From Sphaerodactylus townsendi (lineage: Eukaryota): a stretch of DNA of 64,000 bases. Made by a program: the position numbers and the translations under genes. The notes beneath the pieces are model-generated. The model had not been told where the DNA came from. It saw nothing but the letters and a program-made list of their open reading frames with translations, and ran no database searches. The stretch covers positions 22,940,001 through 23,004,000 of the forward strand of contig NC_059426.1 in assembly GCF_021028975.2 (NCBI RefSeq), given 5' to 3'. Below are positions 12,031-25,258 of this stretch, piece by piece. Position 1 is the stretch's first letter. Each line of letters starts with the position of its first letter.

Positions 12031-13016
12031 ATTGACAAAACCTTGTATTTTGTGTTTATCTTATCTTAGTGAAACTGACCTGAATTGGCAAAAGACTAAA
12101 TCATAACATTAGACCTTGGAAACTATGCAGGCTTGGAATTGGGTGGAAGACCACCAACAAAGACTCTGTAGGAGAAGGCAAATCATCTTTGCTTCTCACT
12201 TGCCTTGAAAACCCCTTGCTAATGTGGCCTTCAGCCAATTGCAACTTGACAGCATACACATTTGTAAAAACAAAAACGCAAATTTTGTAGAATAGAGGGT
12301 AAGGGTGCATTCACAAATGCAGGTTCATCATCACTCAACGACTTCAAACAGCACCGAGAGGTTTCCATTCATATTAGCTAGCATTATCATTAAAACCAGG
12401 CATTCCAACAAGTCATCACTGCGGGATAAATCCTGTATATGTAACTATACAATTTCCCTTTGGAGACCCTGCCATGTACTCCAATACAGGTTGTCCTGCT
12501 TATACAGGCTACAGATATAATACAGTGTAGCAGCTCCTTTGTTTAAGCAGTTGGGGAAAAAAGGACCACTCTAAATTAATTGTTAGGTAAGCAGTTCTTG
12601 TGTGATTTTATTTTTCAAACCATGGAGCTAAACAGGAAAGCTTTGAGGGCTATTGCACATTTACGCACACAATTAAAAAAGCCATTTGACAGATGCCAGT
12701 TTAGGCTACTGAAGGAAAATCAGCGTCTATGCAGAAATCAAATTAAAATGTAACAGTTACTAGAAGAGAAACCATCTCATTAACGAAAATTATTGTTATG
12801 GGCTTTATGATCATAAACGCACCACAGAGCTTTGTGGTGTTTGCTCCATCATTAAAGTAGCTTTGCCCCCAGGGTACTCTTCGGGTTGCAAGTCTGCTTT
12901 CATTTACCTCTCAGGAGTTACCTCCAGCTTTTAGATGTTGTGATCACTCACATGCAAAATACAGCAACTACTTCTTGTCATATTAGCTAAGAAGAAAATC
13001 TCAGTTATGTCATTAC

Positions 13017-13467
13017 CAGCCCAATCCAGGATACGGGGAAGGGGGGCAAACTGTGTCCTGGAAGCAGTGTGGGCCTGCGCCAACACATTTGTCTACCCCA
13101 CCAGCATAAGTAAGCACCTATGCTGGCAGAAAATGCAAATAGGGCAGCAGGTAGGTACAGCACAGCTCCACACCACCTGATTCAGAAGAGGCTGCCTCCC
13201 CCAGAGTATTGCCAGCATACTGGAGGACGCCAACATGACTAGGAGGCAGGCTGTGGTGTTCCAGGGGGTAGAGCTAACTTCAGTTGGCTTTGGCCCAGGA
13301 ATGCCCAGGAATGCCCCACAGTTCATTTGCCCTATGGCTGCTTTTCGAGCGACCAGGGTTTTTCATATCTTGCATGCCTTCCCGTGCCGCCTCAAAGTCT
13401 TTTGGAGAAGGCGAAGAGGAACAGCAGAGGTCCCATCCCTGGCAGCGGCACCCTCTGGATTGGGCTG
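13017..13467. mobile_element. MITE with CAGCCCAATCC TIRs
   Basis: cagcccaatccag...ctggattgggctg terminal inverted repeats; superfamily uncertain. Confidence 0.7.
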
Positions 13468-14176
13468 TAAAGAAATCTGCTTAAATTTTTAAAAAGTGAA
13501 TACGGAGAAAATCACTGTACTATTCTATTTCAGCCAAAACAATAGTGACTTTTGTGGCTCCTTAAAGACAAACATGAGTCTTTCTATTATTTTTAGAGCT
13601 ATTTTTGGGTGTTCAAATAGAGCTATTTTGAAGCGTTCAAACTCACTTCACGTTTGCTGGAGACAGCAGTATCTGTCTGAATAAAAAGTTAAATATTATA
13701 AAGCACAGGACACGGCCTCCTTGGTTATATTGGCTTTTTAGGGGACGGCCTGCACCCTTTTGTTATTCACATTAGAAACCGAAAAACACTATTTTTAGTT
13801 TGTGAAGCGTTCTGAAAGTGAATCACACAAGAAGCTATAAAAATAGCTACTTCTTAATTACAGAGGAGGAAGATGTATCCCAATTCTAAACATGCAAGGA
13901 AGGCAAACACAGCACTTAGAGAAATAAGAAATGAAAAACATTTGACTTTGTTTTTGAAGAGGGAGATAATCTCCTAAATTTCCCAGTATTGTTTTGCTAG
14001 TCTTTACAAGAAGGAATTTATATTCAGTGACTGGTCATCCGACAGAGTATTTCGGAATTTTCTAGAAGTAGAGGCACAGCATCTGAAATTTAAAATCACT
14101 GTCAATAGTTTACTCAACATTTATTTTATATGTACGGGTGCCAGTCAATATGATTTTTTTTTCAAAATTTCCAACA

Positions 14177-14270
14177 GGCATCTGACGAAGGGAGCGTTGA
14201 CAATCAAAAGCTCATACTCTAAAAATCTTGTGATCTCTAAGGTGCCACTGGACTTAAATCTAGCTGTTCA
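14177..14270 (+). mobile_element. Penelope-like element terminal remnant with decayed minimal hammerhead
   Basis: ggcat-CTGACGA-agggagcgttgacaat-CAAAAGCTC-atact followed by aaaatcttgtgatctctaaggtgccactggact, resembling reptile PLE terminal repeats (recalled). Confidence 0.6.
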
Positions 14271-14859
14271 TAATTTGATGGATGATTTATATCCTTAAAA
14301 ACTCCCATGAAATGTGGGTGAAAATTCATTGTTTTGCCATAGCAACCAAGCCATGCATTGGTGTGTGTGTCCCCAGTGTGGTACCCACAGATGCAATGGC
14401 ACCTGCTGACACCTTTTTTGGCACCCACCAATCAGCCTGCTCTTCCTCTACAGAGCCTGGGGAAGTATACATAGTCCTTTCCTCTCTTGTATCCATTCAC
14501 AAGACTTTCACCACTACATTAGCTTTGTAGAGCTCAGAGTGCCCCATCAGAGACATGGCCGAGTAGAGATAAGGTCTTCCCTAGAATTGCCAAGCCTACA
14601 CTGATTGCTGTCATTGGCCACAACCACTCAAAAAGTTAAAAACGCCAGCATATTCAGCGCTGGTAGATCACTTCCAGATACAACTCGGAAATGACAATGG
14701 GTAGCGCTAAAAATTGCCAGAAATGCTATGGCTTTACAAGAGTTTCCAATGATTCCTAGAGCTACCCACCAATATCACATGCCCCCATGCTCCCGCCTAG
14801 TAGTTCCCAGGGTTGGCTGGCAACCCTATAATCCATACTGCTCTGACTTCTAACCACTT

Positions 14860-15340
14860 TATTTATTTATTTATTTATAATTGGTTTTATACACCGCCCC
14901 TCCCCCGAAGGGCTCTGGGCGGTGAACAACACAATAAAACAATAGTTACAATAAAACCCTATTAAAACAGCAATTAATAATGTTACATTGGCATCCAATC
15001 ATACAAACATAAACTTAATAGACCCACCCTGGAAAATAAAACAGAGGAGCGGAGAACCCAGAGTGTAAAGGAAAAGGAGGGGGAAAGGGGAGGGGGGGCC
15101 ATCAGCGGCTGGTCCCTCCAAACGCCCGGTGGAACAATTCGGTCTTACAGGCCCTGCAGAACTCTCCAAGATCCTGCAGGGCCCGGATAGCTGGTGGTAA
15201 AGTGTCCAACCAGGCAGGGGCCACGGCTGTAAAGGCCCTGGCCCGGGTAGAGGCCAGCCACATCATCGAGGGGCTAGGGACCACCAGTAAATTGGCCTCT
15301 AACGAACGTAGAGGCCGTGTAGGGACATATGGGGTAAGAC
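14860..15340 (-). mobile_element. L2 LINE 3' fragment
   Basis: YVPTRPLRS...RARAFTAVAPAWL..LPP..R...FCRACKTELF peptide, 3' UTR and (taaa)n tail. Confidence 0.85.
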
Positions 15341-18300
15341 TATCACACTGGCACTCAGTTTCTACTGGGAGAATATGACCTATCTCCCAGCAAAGAATGT
15401 AACAAAAGTGGGGTTTCCAATTACTATCAAAAGATTGCACTTTCTTTCACTGTTGGCCTGACTGAAAGCAATCTACATGTTAAGATTAACCAGTGAGGAA
15501 AAGGTTGAAAAAGAACGACTGTGCCGGGCTTTTGGGAGAAAAAATCTTTATAGTATGCACAATTTCCCAAGCATTCTTTCTCTGTTCTAATAGAGTGACC
15601 TCAATAGCCATTTCTATCACAGCACAATAACCCGATTGTCTAACGGCTGTTGAAAAATGCAGGTTTAAAATGGTAAAAGACAAAATGCACTTGAAATGGG
15701 GTCAAGAAATGGATTAATGGAACATGAAAAATCACCTTTAAAACCCTCAGCGCTACTGACTTTCCTTCTGGCTTCAATACAAAGCATGAAGTATGTAAGA
15801 GTTGCAACTATTTAAGCCTATTAGATTAAGCAGCTCACCACCTAACTACAGGGAATCTTTTGTTAAGCACTCGGCCTTCTCATTTCACCCCCACTCAGCT
15901 TCTCTAGATGTTTCCTCAATCTTAAGATGTCCTTTGTTGATAAAATTGCCGTCGTTTCTCTTCTTTCTCAAAACAAGCTCCGACAGCATTGTGGTTTATT
16001 AATATAGGAACAGCCAGTATCAAAAGACTTCCTCTCAGGAAAAGGCATATTTTCAAAAAATAAAGCTGAAAGCCCTTTGTCCCTCCTAGTGTGCCTTCAA
16101 AATGGATAAAATACTACTGAAACAAAAAGTGCTTGAGCTTTGCCCAGGGGAACAATGTAGAGATATTTTTGCATTCATTTTTTTTTGTAATACCAATTGT
16201 ATTCGGGGCTGAAGGGAGGCAAAATATCCTCCATGCGCATACTAGCTAACATGCCGAACAATATGGTCCTACGTAAGAGAAGGGATGACAGATCCCTCAG
16301 GGGGTTGGGCCTCAAATGTTATGTTACAAATAGGAAATAGTTCAAAACAAGCCTTACCAGAGAGAGGGGGGGAAACACACTGCATGAAATCAACGAAGTT
16401 GGCTCTGGCCCGCAAAAATTCACCATAAATAGAAATCAATAAATGTGCTGTTTTAAAAGGGACAATGGACCCTTTGGGGCATTACACAGCAACATGGCTA
16501 CTCCTTAGGTTGCCACGTGTCTGCTGGATCAAGAGATCTCTTGCACAAGGCGGGTCTTACCCACTGGTACTACGCTAGCCAGCAGAAAACTAAACTGCCA
16601 TTAACGATGGCATGACATCACTTATGGGAAAACCCAGATGTGGCATCATGCCTCTCTAGGAATTGCCAGAAACTGTAACGGTTTACCATAGAGTTTCCAG
16701 CAATTCCTGGAAAGTTGTGACACCACTTCTGGATTTATCCTGCAAGTGACGCCATGTCGTTGCTGATGGCTGTCCTCCATGTCACCAATCTTCCCAATCT
16801 CTAGCTGGCTGCAAAGCCTGGGAATCGTACCACTCCTCCAGAAGAATATTTGGCAAGCCTGACAACCCTTCTATTCCTCTGGAAGAATATCACAGACTAT
16901 CTCTGAAATCAGTATCACCTTGGACACAGCAGCTTCACCATTTTCCTTTCCTTTCAAGCTCCTTTGATCTTAAGATCTTGAGCAGCAAATAGGGAACTTT
17001 TATTTCTTGGAGGTAATATGGTGGAGAAATACTTGGCCACTGCCAGATAGATTCTTGGATCTCTATCCACCAACAAGTAGGGGATCTATATTATCTTTTA
17101 TTATGATAGAAGGTAACTTAGTTAAAATAGGGGCAATCCATTGATCATGATAAGAATTTTAATGAGGGCATTCCAAAACCACAAAATATTAGGAAGTGAG
17201 GTGATGAGTACATCTAATAGTAACTCTTCCAACATTTCAGGAAGAGTTTAACAGGATGACATTTAAAATGAAGATATTGTTGAAAAATAATTTCTTGCAC
17301 ACACAACTTATCTTCAGTCATGTTGTGAAGATCCTTGTGCTGCGGTGGTAGCTGCTGCCAAAACAATGTTTTTGGAATGTTCACAGCTAATCAGATCTCC
17401 AATGGTCAGTCAGGAGCCATGTTGGGGAAAAGTCCTACCTGGCCAAATTCTCAAAAATATTTGGCAGGCACCTGGAACGTTGGTGGACACAAGGACTATG
17501 TTGGGAATTCCTGATATACACATTAAAACACATCTTAACTGCATGTCAAAGTTACACTTCCCTAATCTAAGGTTCTCAACACTGCCTAGGTAAATGCGAG
17601 GAGATTTGTGGGGGCAGAGGTAGATCACTTCTGGGTGACACTCTAGAAATTTCCTCTGATCCTCATGGCAAAGGCAATAGCAATTAGGGAAACATCTACA
17701 GTGATGCTTTGGAGGCCATGCTTTTTTCTCCTCAGTTTGTTAAGGATGGGAGATTGAGGCTGGGAGAAGGTAATTCCCCATCAAACCCAGGAAAGTGGTT
17801 AACTTATTCTGATAATTTCTGTAAGCAGGGGGATATATTGTGTTCTTATGTAACTTGGGAGGCAAATCACAAATTGCCCTCAGCACCTAACACCTGTTAA
17901 ACAGCAAACAGCTACACATTGCTCACTATATGGCTTGTGAACCATTGCATTAAAAAAACTGTCAATAGATCTAATGCATCAAATGTGTTATGCTATGTAA
18001 TAGGAATATTTTGTTATGAATAAAGAAATGAAATCTACTATAGGACAGAAGACATTCTTCCAGCTTTCCCTTAGTCTCTTCCACTGTCCCACTAAGCATT
18101 GGTCAGAAGCCAAGTGCCATTAAATCACTATTACTGAATAGAGCATTGTCAACATACATGGTATTTTACAGCTTACACACAAGATAGCATTCTGCCCCAA
18201 ACAGATTCCAATCTAAAATCTGATGGGGGGGATTAATTTTATTTACTTAAAATATTTACATCCTGCCTTTCTATAGTGCAGCCTCCAAAACAGAAACAAT

Positions 18301-19129
18301 CACAGCTGAAACATATACAGTAATTACTTGGCCCTTTTATATATGTACATCTAATTAACAATGCTACTCCTGCAACATATATCATCACCAGCAACTACCG
18401 ATCGATGATACTGATCTTTATTTAATGTAACAGTGAACAAGATAGGAAAAGGGATAGTCAAGCAAATGAACCAGGGGCAAATGGGAGCAAACACAGCTAT
18501 GCCATGAGACCAGAGATGCCAACGAGGGCTCCAAACGCACACTGAGGTTATTTTCAAGATGACTCCCTGCTCAAATCTTGTCATGAAATTAGTTTTCCTC
18601 AAATGATAAAAAACAACTGTATGTCAGTTTTTAAAATAATATTTTGATTACTTTTTAATAACTACAATATAAAGGATGTGAACACACAGTAGTGAACCAG
18701 TCACTCTAAACTATGTGGACAACAGGGCGATGCACACAACATATATACTTGATTTTCCACTGATAACCTGTTGTTAAAGTTATTCCTAATTTAATAGTTT
18801 TCTATTAATATCAAGACCAGCAAACTTTAAAACTATCCTGTCTAAAATTCAATTTCCAGACAGAATACTATATTATAACCTTATTTCCCCAACTTAGTTC
18901 TCAAAATTGAAGACAATTATATAAAATTCCACAGTTCCTCCTTACACTTTTATCATACAAATTATATAATTAAAACGGTTATTTGACATTTTTCTTGCTA
19001 CCGTTAATATCAGACATTCTAATCTATTTTACTAACTTTTATCTTCAGTTCAACTGTTCCAACAGCTCGATATCATTAAGTAAAGTTCTTATTGGTTTTC
19101 TTGTAAAATTATTTGGCACTTGCTGTAGA

Positions 19130-19790
19130 GGTGATTTTCTGCTGCTGTTCTTTGTAGTTTTAAAGGAGTCCTTCCCATATAAGCCATGTAAATCTTATCT
19201 GCTTCTTCCTTAGTGCATCCACTAGAAAAGTATAATCTTTTCTCTTCTGCAGGACCCTTGTTGGTATTTCTTTCATAACGATGACATCTTTATTGTACAT
19301 CTTGAACGCTGATTTTCGATGAGCCTCTATAATTTGATCTGCAGAATCTTTTGCATAGAAGAAAACAATGTCTCTACATATTCCATGTGTTTTGATTTTT
19401 TGAGCTGACTGTAAAATTTCTCAATTTCTGAAGCCATTTCTTTGTCCTTCATCTTCATAAATTTTGCCAAAGCTGAGGAGATTTTTTAAAGATTCATTTT
19501 TGAAGGATCTTGATCCTCTGCTAATCACCTCAGTCTTAATGCCTTCTCTCTGATCTGATCTTCAAGTTGAAGAATAGCTTAATTACGTGTTTTAAGTTCC
19601 ATTTGTACAGCATAACTCCTTTTTTCAGATCTTTAATTTTCTCCTTTATTCCTTTCATGTCCTCTTCTAACTGAACAATTTTCTTAAAATCAGTCTTTAA
19701 TTCATTAAACTCCCTCAATAGTTCAGACATAGTTGCTGGAATATTTTTTCAATGCTATTTTTTTTAGAGTCCATTTCAGACTGTAGATTC
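19130..19790 (-). mobile_element. Degraded L1-type LINE ORF1 fragment
   Basis: Coiled-coil-like SELLREFNELKTDFKKIVQLEEDMKGIKEKIKDL and CTD-like VIVMKEIPTRVLQKRKDYTFLVDALRKKQIRFTWLIWEGL, separated by frameshifts. Confidence 0.7.
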
Positions 19791-21214
19791 TGTATGCTTG
19801 CAGACATTGTTTTCACATTGTTAGAAATTTCCACTATTTCCAAGGATGCAGATCCTTTCCTCATAGCAGCCACTGTGTTTCAAACAGCTTACACTATGTA
19901 ACAGTACCCAACCCAGCAGTTGTCTGTCCCAGGACCCTTTGTCACCCTCCTCTCTTGTTTGGTGATGCTTTTCTAATAGCGTTTCTTTTCTGGTCTTAAT
20001 CTGGCATTCCATCAGCTGGAGAAACAATCAACTCAGTCTTGTTTCATAGCTGCAAAACAGCTATCACTCTCTAATGCCCTCGATTCCAAGAATCTCCTTT
20101 AGTCAAGTTTCATTTTTGTTCTTTACAAACTTCTATGTTTCACCGTGCTTCTGAACATTTTAGATCTCATTTTTGCTGAACTTATCCACAACAGGTTTTG
20201 TGCTTCTCTTTTCCTCCTTTACTCCAAGCCAAGCTTTGGCTTGGATGTAATCTTCCCTAAGGAGGGTGAAGACTCCAGCAGGGAAATGGTGGCAACTCCG
20301 ACTTCTCTATCTCAGCAAATCACTACAGTAAGTATTTCTGCATGATCCCTACCAGACTGAGACTGTCTCAGGAGTCAGTCCGGCTTTCTCTGACTCTCCC
20401 CTTAATTCAGGGAGGCATGCATCTCCCTCAGAACTGTTGGCTAGAGTTTCAGGTCCTGGAGAAAGTCCAAGATCAACCATCTTACACCACAGATAGATCA
20501 AAAGCCTGCCTTTGTCAGCTTTTAGTGGGAAAAGATTCTCATTTACAAACTCAGCTCTGTGGTATTTAGATGTAATATCTAATCCCAGATCTCTAAAATA
20601 GGAACCAGGAGTCTGCTTCCATGTAGAACCTGCAAAAAACATAGAGTCTGCTTCCATGTAGAACCTGCAAAAGCTTTAAGATAATTTTCAGAGTCCTTCT
20701 TTGGGCATCTTCCATCTGCAGAAAGCTAGAGGAACAGCTACCAGAAAAAGGGCATGTTTTTTTACACAGCAATTGCAGAATACCCAGAAAAGGTCACCAG
20801 CACCCACTTTACTGTGCTTCAGATTAAATCATCTTTATTTGTGTGAGCTTTAAACTACCTTAGAAACACAGAAACATCGTTCTGGAAGGGACGACAGGGG
20901 TCATCTAGTCCAATCTCCTGCAAACCCTAAACAACCCTGTCTTCTACACCACAATGGCAAGTGATCCATAACTGACTTACAGCCCCTTCATTCATCTAAA
21001 TGAGAGGTCAAGACTCTCGGGAGTCTGACTTTGTTATTTTAAATCAGTCATGAACATCCAATAAACCACTAAAGTTACAAAAATAAAACTAGAAGGGATC
21101 TCAAGGGTTATCTAGTTCAACCCCCTGAACAATGCAGGAATTTCATAACTACTCCTCACTTTCACAGTGACCTTTGCTTTAGACCTAGAGGAAGGCAACA
21201 CCCCCCCCCCCCAG

Positions 21215-21355
21215 GGCCCCTTCCGAGCATGCAGAATAATGCGTTTTCAAACCACTTTCACAACTGTTTGCAAGTGGATTTTGGTATTCCGCACAGCTTC
21301 AAAGAGCATTGAAAGCAGTTTGAAAGTGCATTATTCTGCATGTGCGGAATAAGTC
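21215..21355. mobile_element. PIF/Harbinger-like palindromic MITE (same family)
   Basis: ggccccttcc..gcatgcagaataatgc...gtgcattattctgcatgtgcggaa. Confidence 0.75.
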
Positions 21356-21914
21356 TAGGATACCAGGCCAATCTGGTCTGAAGGAACATTTCTTCTGGAC
21401 CCCAAAGCTCTTCTGCTGTTCCACAAAGTTTTATCGGCAATTGACTAAGGTGTCCCGTACAGGGTTTTCCTGATGTATTTTTTTGTTGGAAGCCAGCTAG
21501 GAAATGCTTTTTGAAAGGAAGAATAAAAACACTGGAAACAAAATACAAAATATTAGCACGTCTTGTAATTGTATCAAAAATACAAGACCGGTTAGCCTAC
21601 TGTCATTTCTGACGCTGAACTTAAATCAAAAGCTAGAGAATGGAATGCTGACCCAGTGCACCAGTTTTAATATAAACCTTGGGAGTTTAATTAATCTCAT
21701 TGCTTCACTTAAGTACATGATGTCTCGAGGTTCATAAAATTTTATTATTTGGATAAGGTATTATGGCAATGATAAAAACTTTACAGGTCCCTGGATATAA
21801 ATGTGAAATACTTCATGGCTTGTGGAGAAATCGGCACTCAGAAAGTAGTATTTAAGAATCAATTCTATGGATGAAGACATAGACTATCACTCCCTACAAC
21901 ACCCCTGCTTGCTC

Positions 21915-22185
21915 AGCATGGTGTATTAGAGTAGGTGGACTCTAATATAGCGAACTGGGTTTGATTCCCCACTCCTCCACATGAGTGGTTGACTCTTATC
22001 TGGTGAACCGGATTTGTTTCCCTGCTCATTCCTGCTGGGAGACCTTGGACCAGTCACAGTTCTCTCAGAACATTCTCAGCTTCATCTACCTCACATGGTA
22101 TCTGTTGTGGGTAGAGGAAAGGAAAGGAGTTTGTAAGCCCCTTTGAGTCTCCTTACAAGAGAGAAAGTGGGGTATAAATCCAAAC
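21915..22185 (+). mobile_element. tRNA-derived SINE (Squam3-like)
   Basis: A/B-box-like head (tggtgta.../ggtttgattcccc) and the family body and tail. Confidence 0.8.
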
Positions 22186-22934
22186 AGTAGCAACAACAAC
22201 CTCCCTCCTTCAGAAGTTAAGAGAAGCTACTTGTATTGCTGTGGAAAGATATGCAACAGATTTAAGTACCAAACCCTAAATCTGTATTCATGGTCTTTAT
22301 TACACATATAATTAGTTTCTGTGCCTGCCCCAGCGTCTAAACTCTCATGCAGCTTCATGCTGCTAGCCCAGTATCTAACAGCAGTTGGGATAACACAGTG
22401 TGGCCATTTGCTTCTTGTGTGGCAGCTGTACACACTGCTTAAACATTTACAGCTAGATATACAAGTCACATGAAGCAGACCGTGAAGCAGACCACAGAAG
22501 TGTCTGTCAAGGTCTGTACAGTCTACTCCACCTGGCAGCAGCTCTCGCTCTCTCTCTCTCCCAGATGTCAGGCAAAGGGCCTTCACATCACCTGCTACCT
22601 GGGCCTTTAAACAAGAGATGCTGAGGATTCCACCTGAAACCTTTTGAATGCCAAGCAGACACGCCACTACCACGCCACATCCCCTCCTATTTTCAGGCTT
22701 CATGTTGAAAAACTAGACTTTTAAAAAAGAGAGGCAGCAAACAGAAACGATCCAGTGTATTAATGCAAATATGTCTGTATTAGAACTCGTTGTGTTTCAG
22801 AAGATGTATGCAGTATTCTGGGTGCAAGGAGACTAACCCATGAAGTGGTCATGAGTCAGAGCCTTGTAGTGCAATCCCAAGCAGAGTTACCCTTTTTCAA
22901 GCCCATTGACTTCAATGGACTTGGCAGCACAGGG

Positions 22935-23218
22935 AATCCCACAGTACAGAGAGATAAGCTGCAGCACTGCAGTCAAAGCTCTGCTCACAATCTGAGTTTG
23001 ATCCCAACAGAAGACAGTTTCAGACAGCCAGCTCAAGGTTGACTCAGCCTCTCAGCCTTCCAAGGTCAGTAAAAGGAGTACCGGGATCACTAGGGGTAAA
23101 GTGTGGACAAGTGGGGAAAGTAATGGCACATCATCCCCTAAACAAAGCCTGCCTAGTAAATGTTGTGATGTGATGTTACCCCATGAGTCAGTGCTTCTAC
23201 AGGGACTACCTTTACCTT
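22935..23218 (+). mobile_element. Sauria SINE-like element
   Basis: gctcaaggttgactcagcc...ccaaggtcagtaaaa...ggggaaagtaatggca...gggactacctttacctt. Confidence 0.75.
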
Positions 23219-25258
23219 AAGCATGTTTTGGAGTGCACTGCTAGCTTATCACAACCAGGATTATCTATTCTGAATGGCGGCAGCACTCCAGGGGTCTCAG
23301 GCATTTACATCATTTACTACTGGACCCTTTTCATTGGGAATTGAACCTGGAGTCCTCACCATGCAAGTCAACACTCTACTATTGAGCCTACTACATCTTT
23401 TAGCTTGGTCTTGGACAACCTGGAGAACTACATTCCCCAGTTTCCCAATACCTGATCTACCACTGCCATGTTCAAGATATCAGGGTGGGATGGAAGCTTA
23501 TGGCTTTGGCCTCATGATGACTTTGCTATTATTTCATCTACCAAGAACTAAATGGAAAGTTGTGGGCTGATGGCACATGCAGTTGTGGGCTGATGGCACA
23601 GGCAAGTTTATTTTAATTTTACCTATTTTTTTTGGCTCATGTCACTATTCTCAGCATGTTTCCTGACCAGAAAAAAGGCACTTCAGTAGCTCATGCAGAG
23701 ATACAACAGGCAACCTCCTCTTTGGGCAGAATGAGTCTGTGCACTGGGAATGATTTAAATGACTCAGTCATACATAGTGCACTGAGATGGAAAAAAATTA
23801 TCCCAGTGGAGGCTTAACTGGGAAGAAGAAAGCCAGATCACAGAAAGTTGAAATGAAGAATTTTCTTTGGGCATCGATTCTGACCATGGCCTTTAGTTTA
23901 CTAGATGCACAGGTGCACGAAGAATACAGGAAATGAACGCCTCTTCAAAAACCACCCTTAAACATCTTATCATTCTTCCCTGTTGACCAACAACAACCAG
24001 AACTCAGCAAAACACACACACACAACAAATCTGATAACTTCCTTAGGATTAAAACCAAGCACATATGAAGGCATTTGATTCCCTCCATCCCAATTGAAAC
24101 AAAAAGCAAAGTTGGTTAGACCCAAATTCCAAATTCCATCAGAGATTCAGAAGAATTTGAAATAGAGTCCTCCTAAATTCATCATGCTGCAATTGCCAGA
24201 GAGATGTGGGATGAAAAGGGAGGGAGGGAGGGAGGGAGGGCACAAGGGGATTCAGAAACATCACAGTGAATCATAACTGGGTGGGGAAAGGTCACAGGAG
24301 AGGGAGAAGCCTATGCAAAGGAATAAATCAAACCTTACAAATGGAAACACGCATATCCACACCCCTTCTAATCTCAGAATGGTATACAAATCTTGCCTTC
24401 ATCTTTTAAAAATTCATCTCCACAACCCCTGTGTGGAGGTTAAGCTCTTCCCTAAGACAAGGACCGAGTATCTAACAGAAACCCCCCAAAGCAGATATCT
24501 GCTGCCTGTAGCCATTCCATACATTAACACCCTTGCCTTCACCTGCTCTACAAAGCTCTTAGATCTGTCCTACCGTTGTCAAAACATGAGTCAAGATATA
24601 AAATGAAACACACATTTCCATAATTCAAACAGAACACAGACATCTACGAAGACAAATCTAAGCAACAGATATTGGATTTCAAAAAAAAATAAATAAATCT
24701 ATCCTATTTATATAAAATGTTACCTTACGAGTCATTTGATGGGTCTGGATTTGCAGGTGAGACACTCCTGTGGCTGTTACTTGTTCTTTCTGTTACCCGC
24801 CCCTTGTTTTGGCCACAGGATCCTGAATTTCTGTCCGCTGTTTTGCAAGCCTTCACCCAACCCCATTTCCTTAGCCAATATCAACATCGGGCACAAGCTG
24901 AAGAGAATCCTGATTGGATCACAGAATAGAGGACCAAAAAAAAAAAGTAGCTAAGGAAACTTTACTCTGACTCACTCCCGCAATGGATATCTTGACAGCA
25001 ACAGACTTCCTAAAGGAGCAGAAATTTCAAAGGCCTCAGGGCGCCATGGGAAAAAAACAACAACAATCCAGCTTTAACATCTCTGTCAAGTTCTTCTAAT
25101 GGAAAAGGTCGCCAAAGTAAAGCTAGGGAAGTGATAGGCCAACAGCCTTTCTGTCACATTACTAATAGCTCCTTATTGTTGAAAATATGTCCTTTGGAAT
25201 ATATCACCCACAAAAAAAATAAGAATTATTCCTATTTTTGGTTGTGTTTTGGTTATGG

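Noticed and set aside
20605-20672. Short tandem duplications (also about 2500-2532, 6102-6140, 23560-23605)
   Set aside because: Ordinary two-copy slippage duplications with no further structure.
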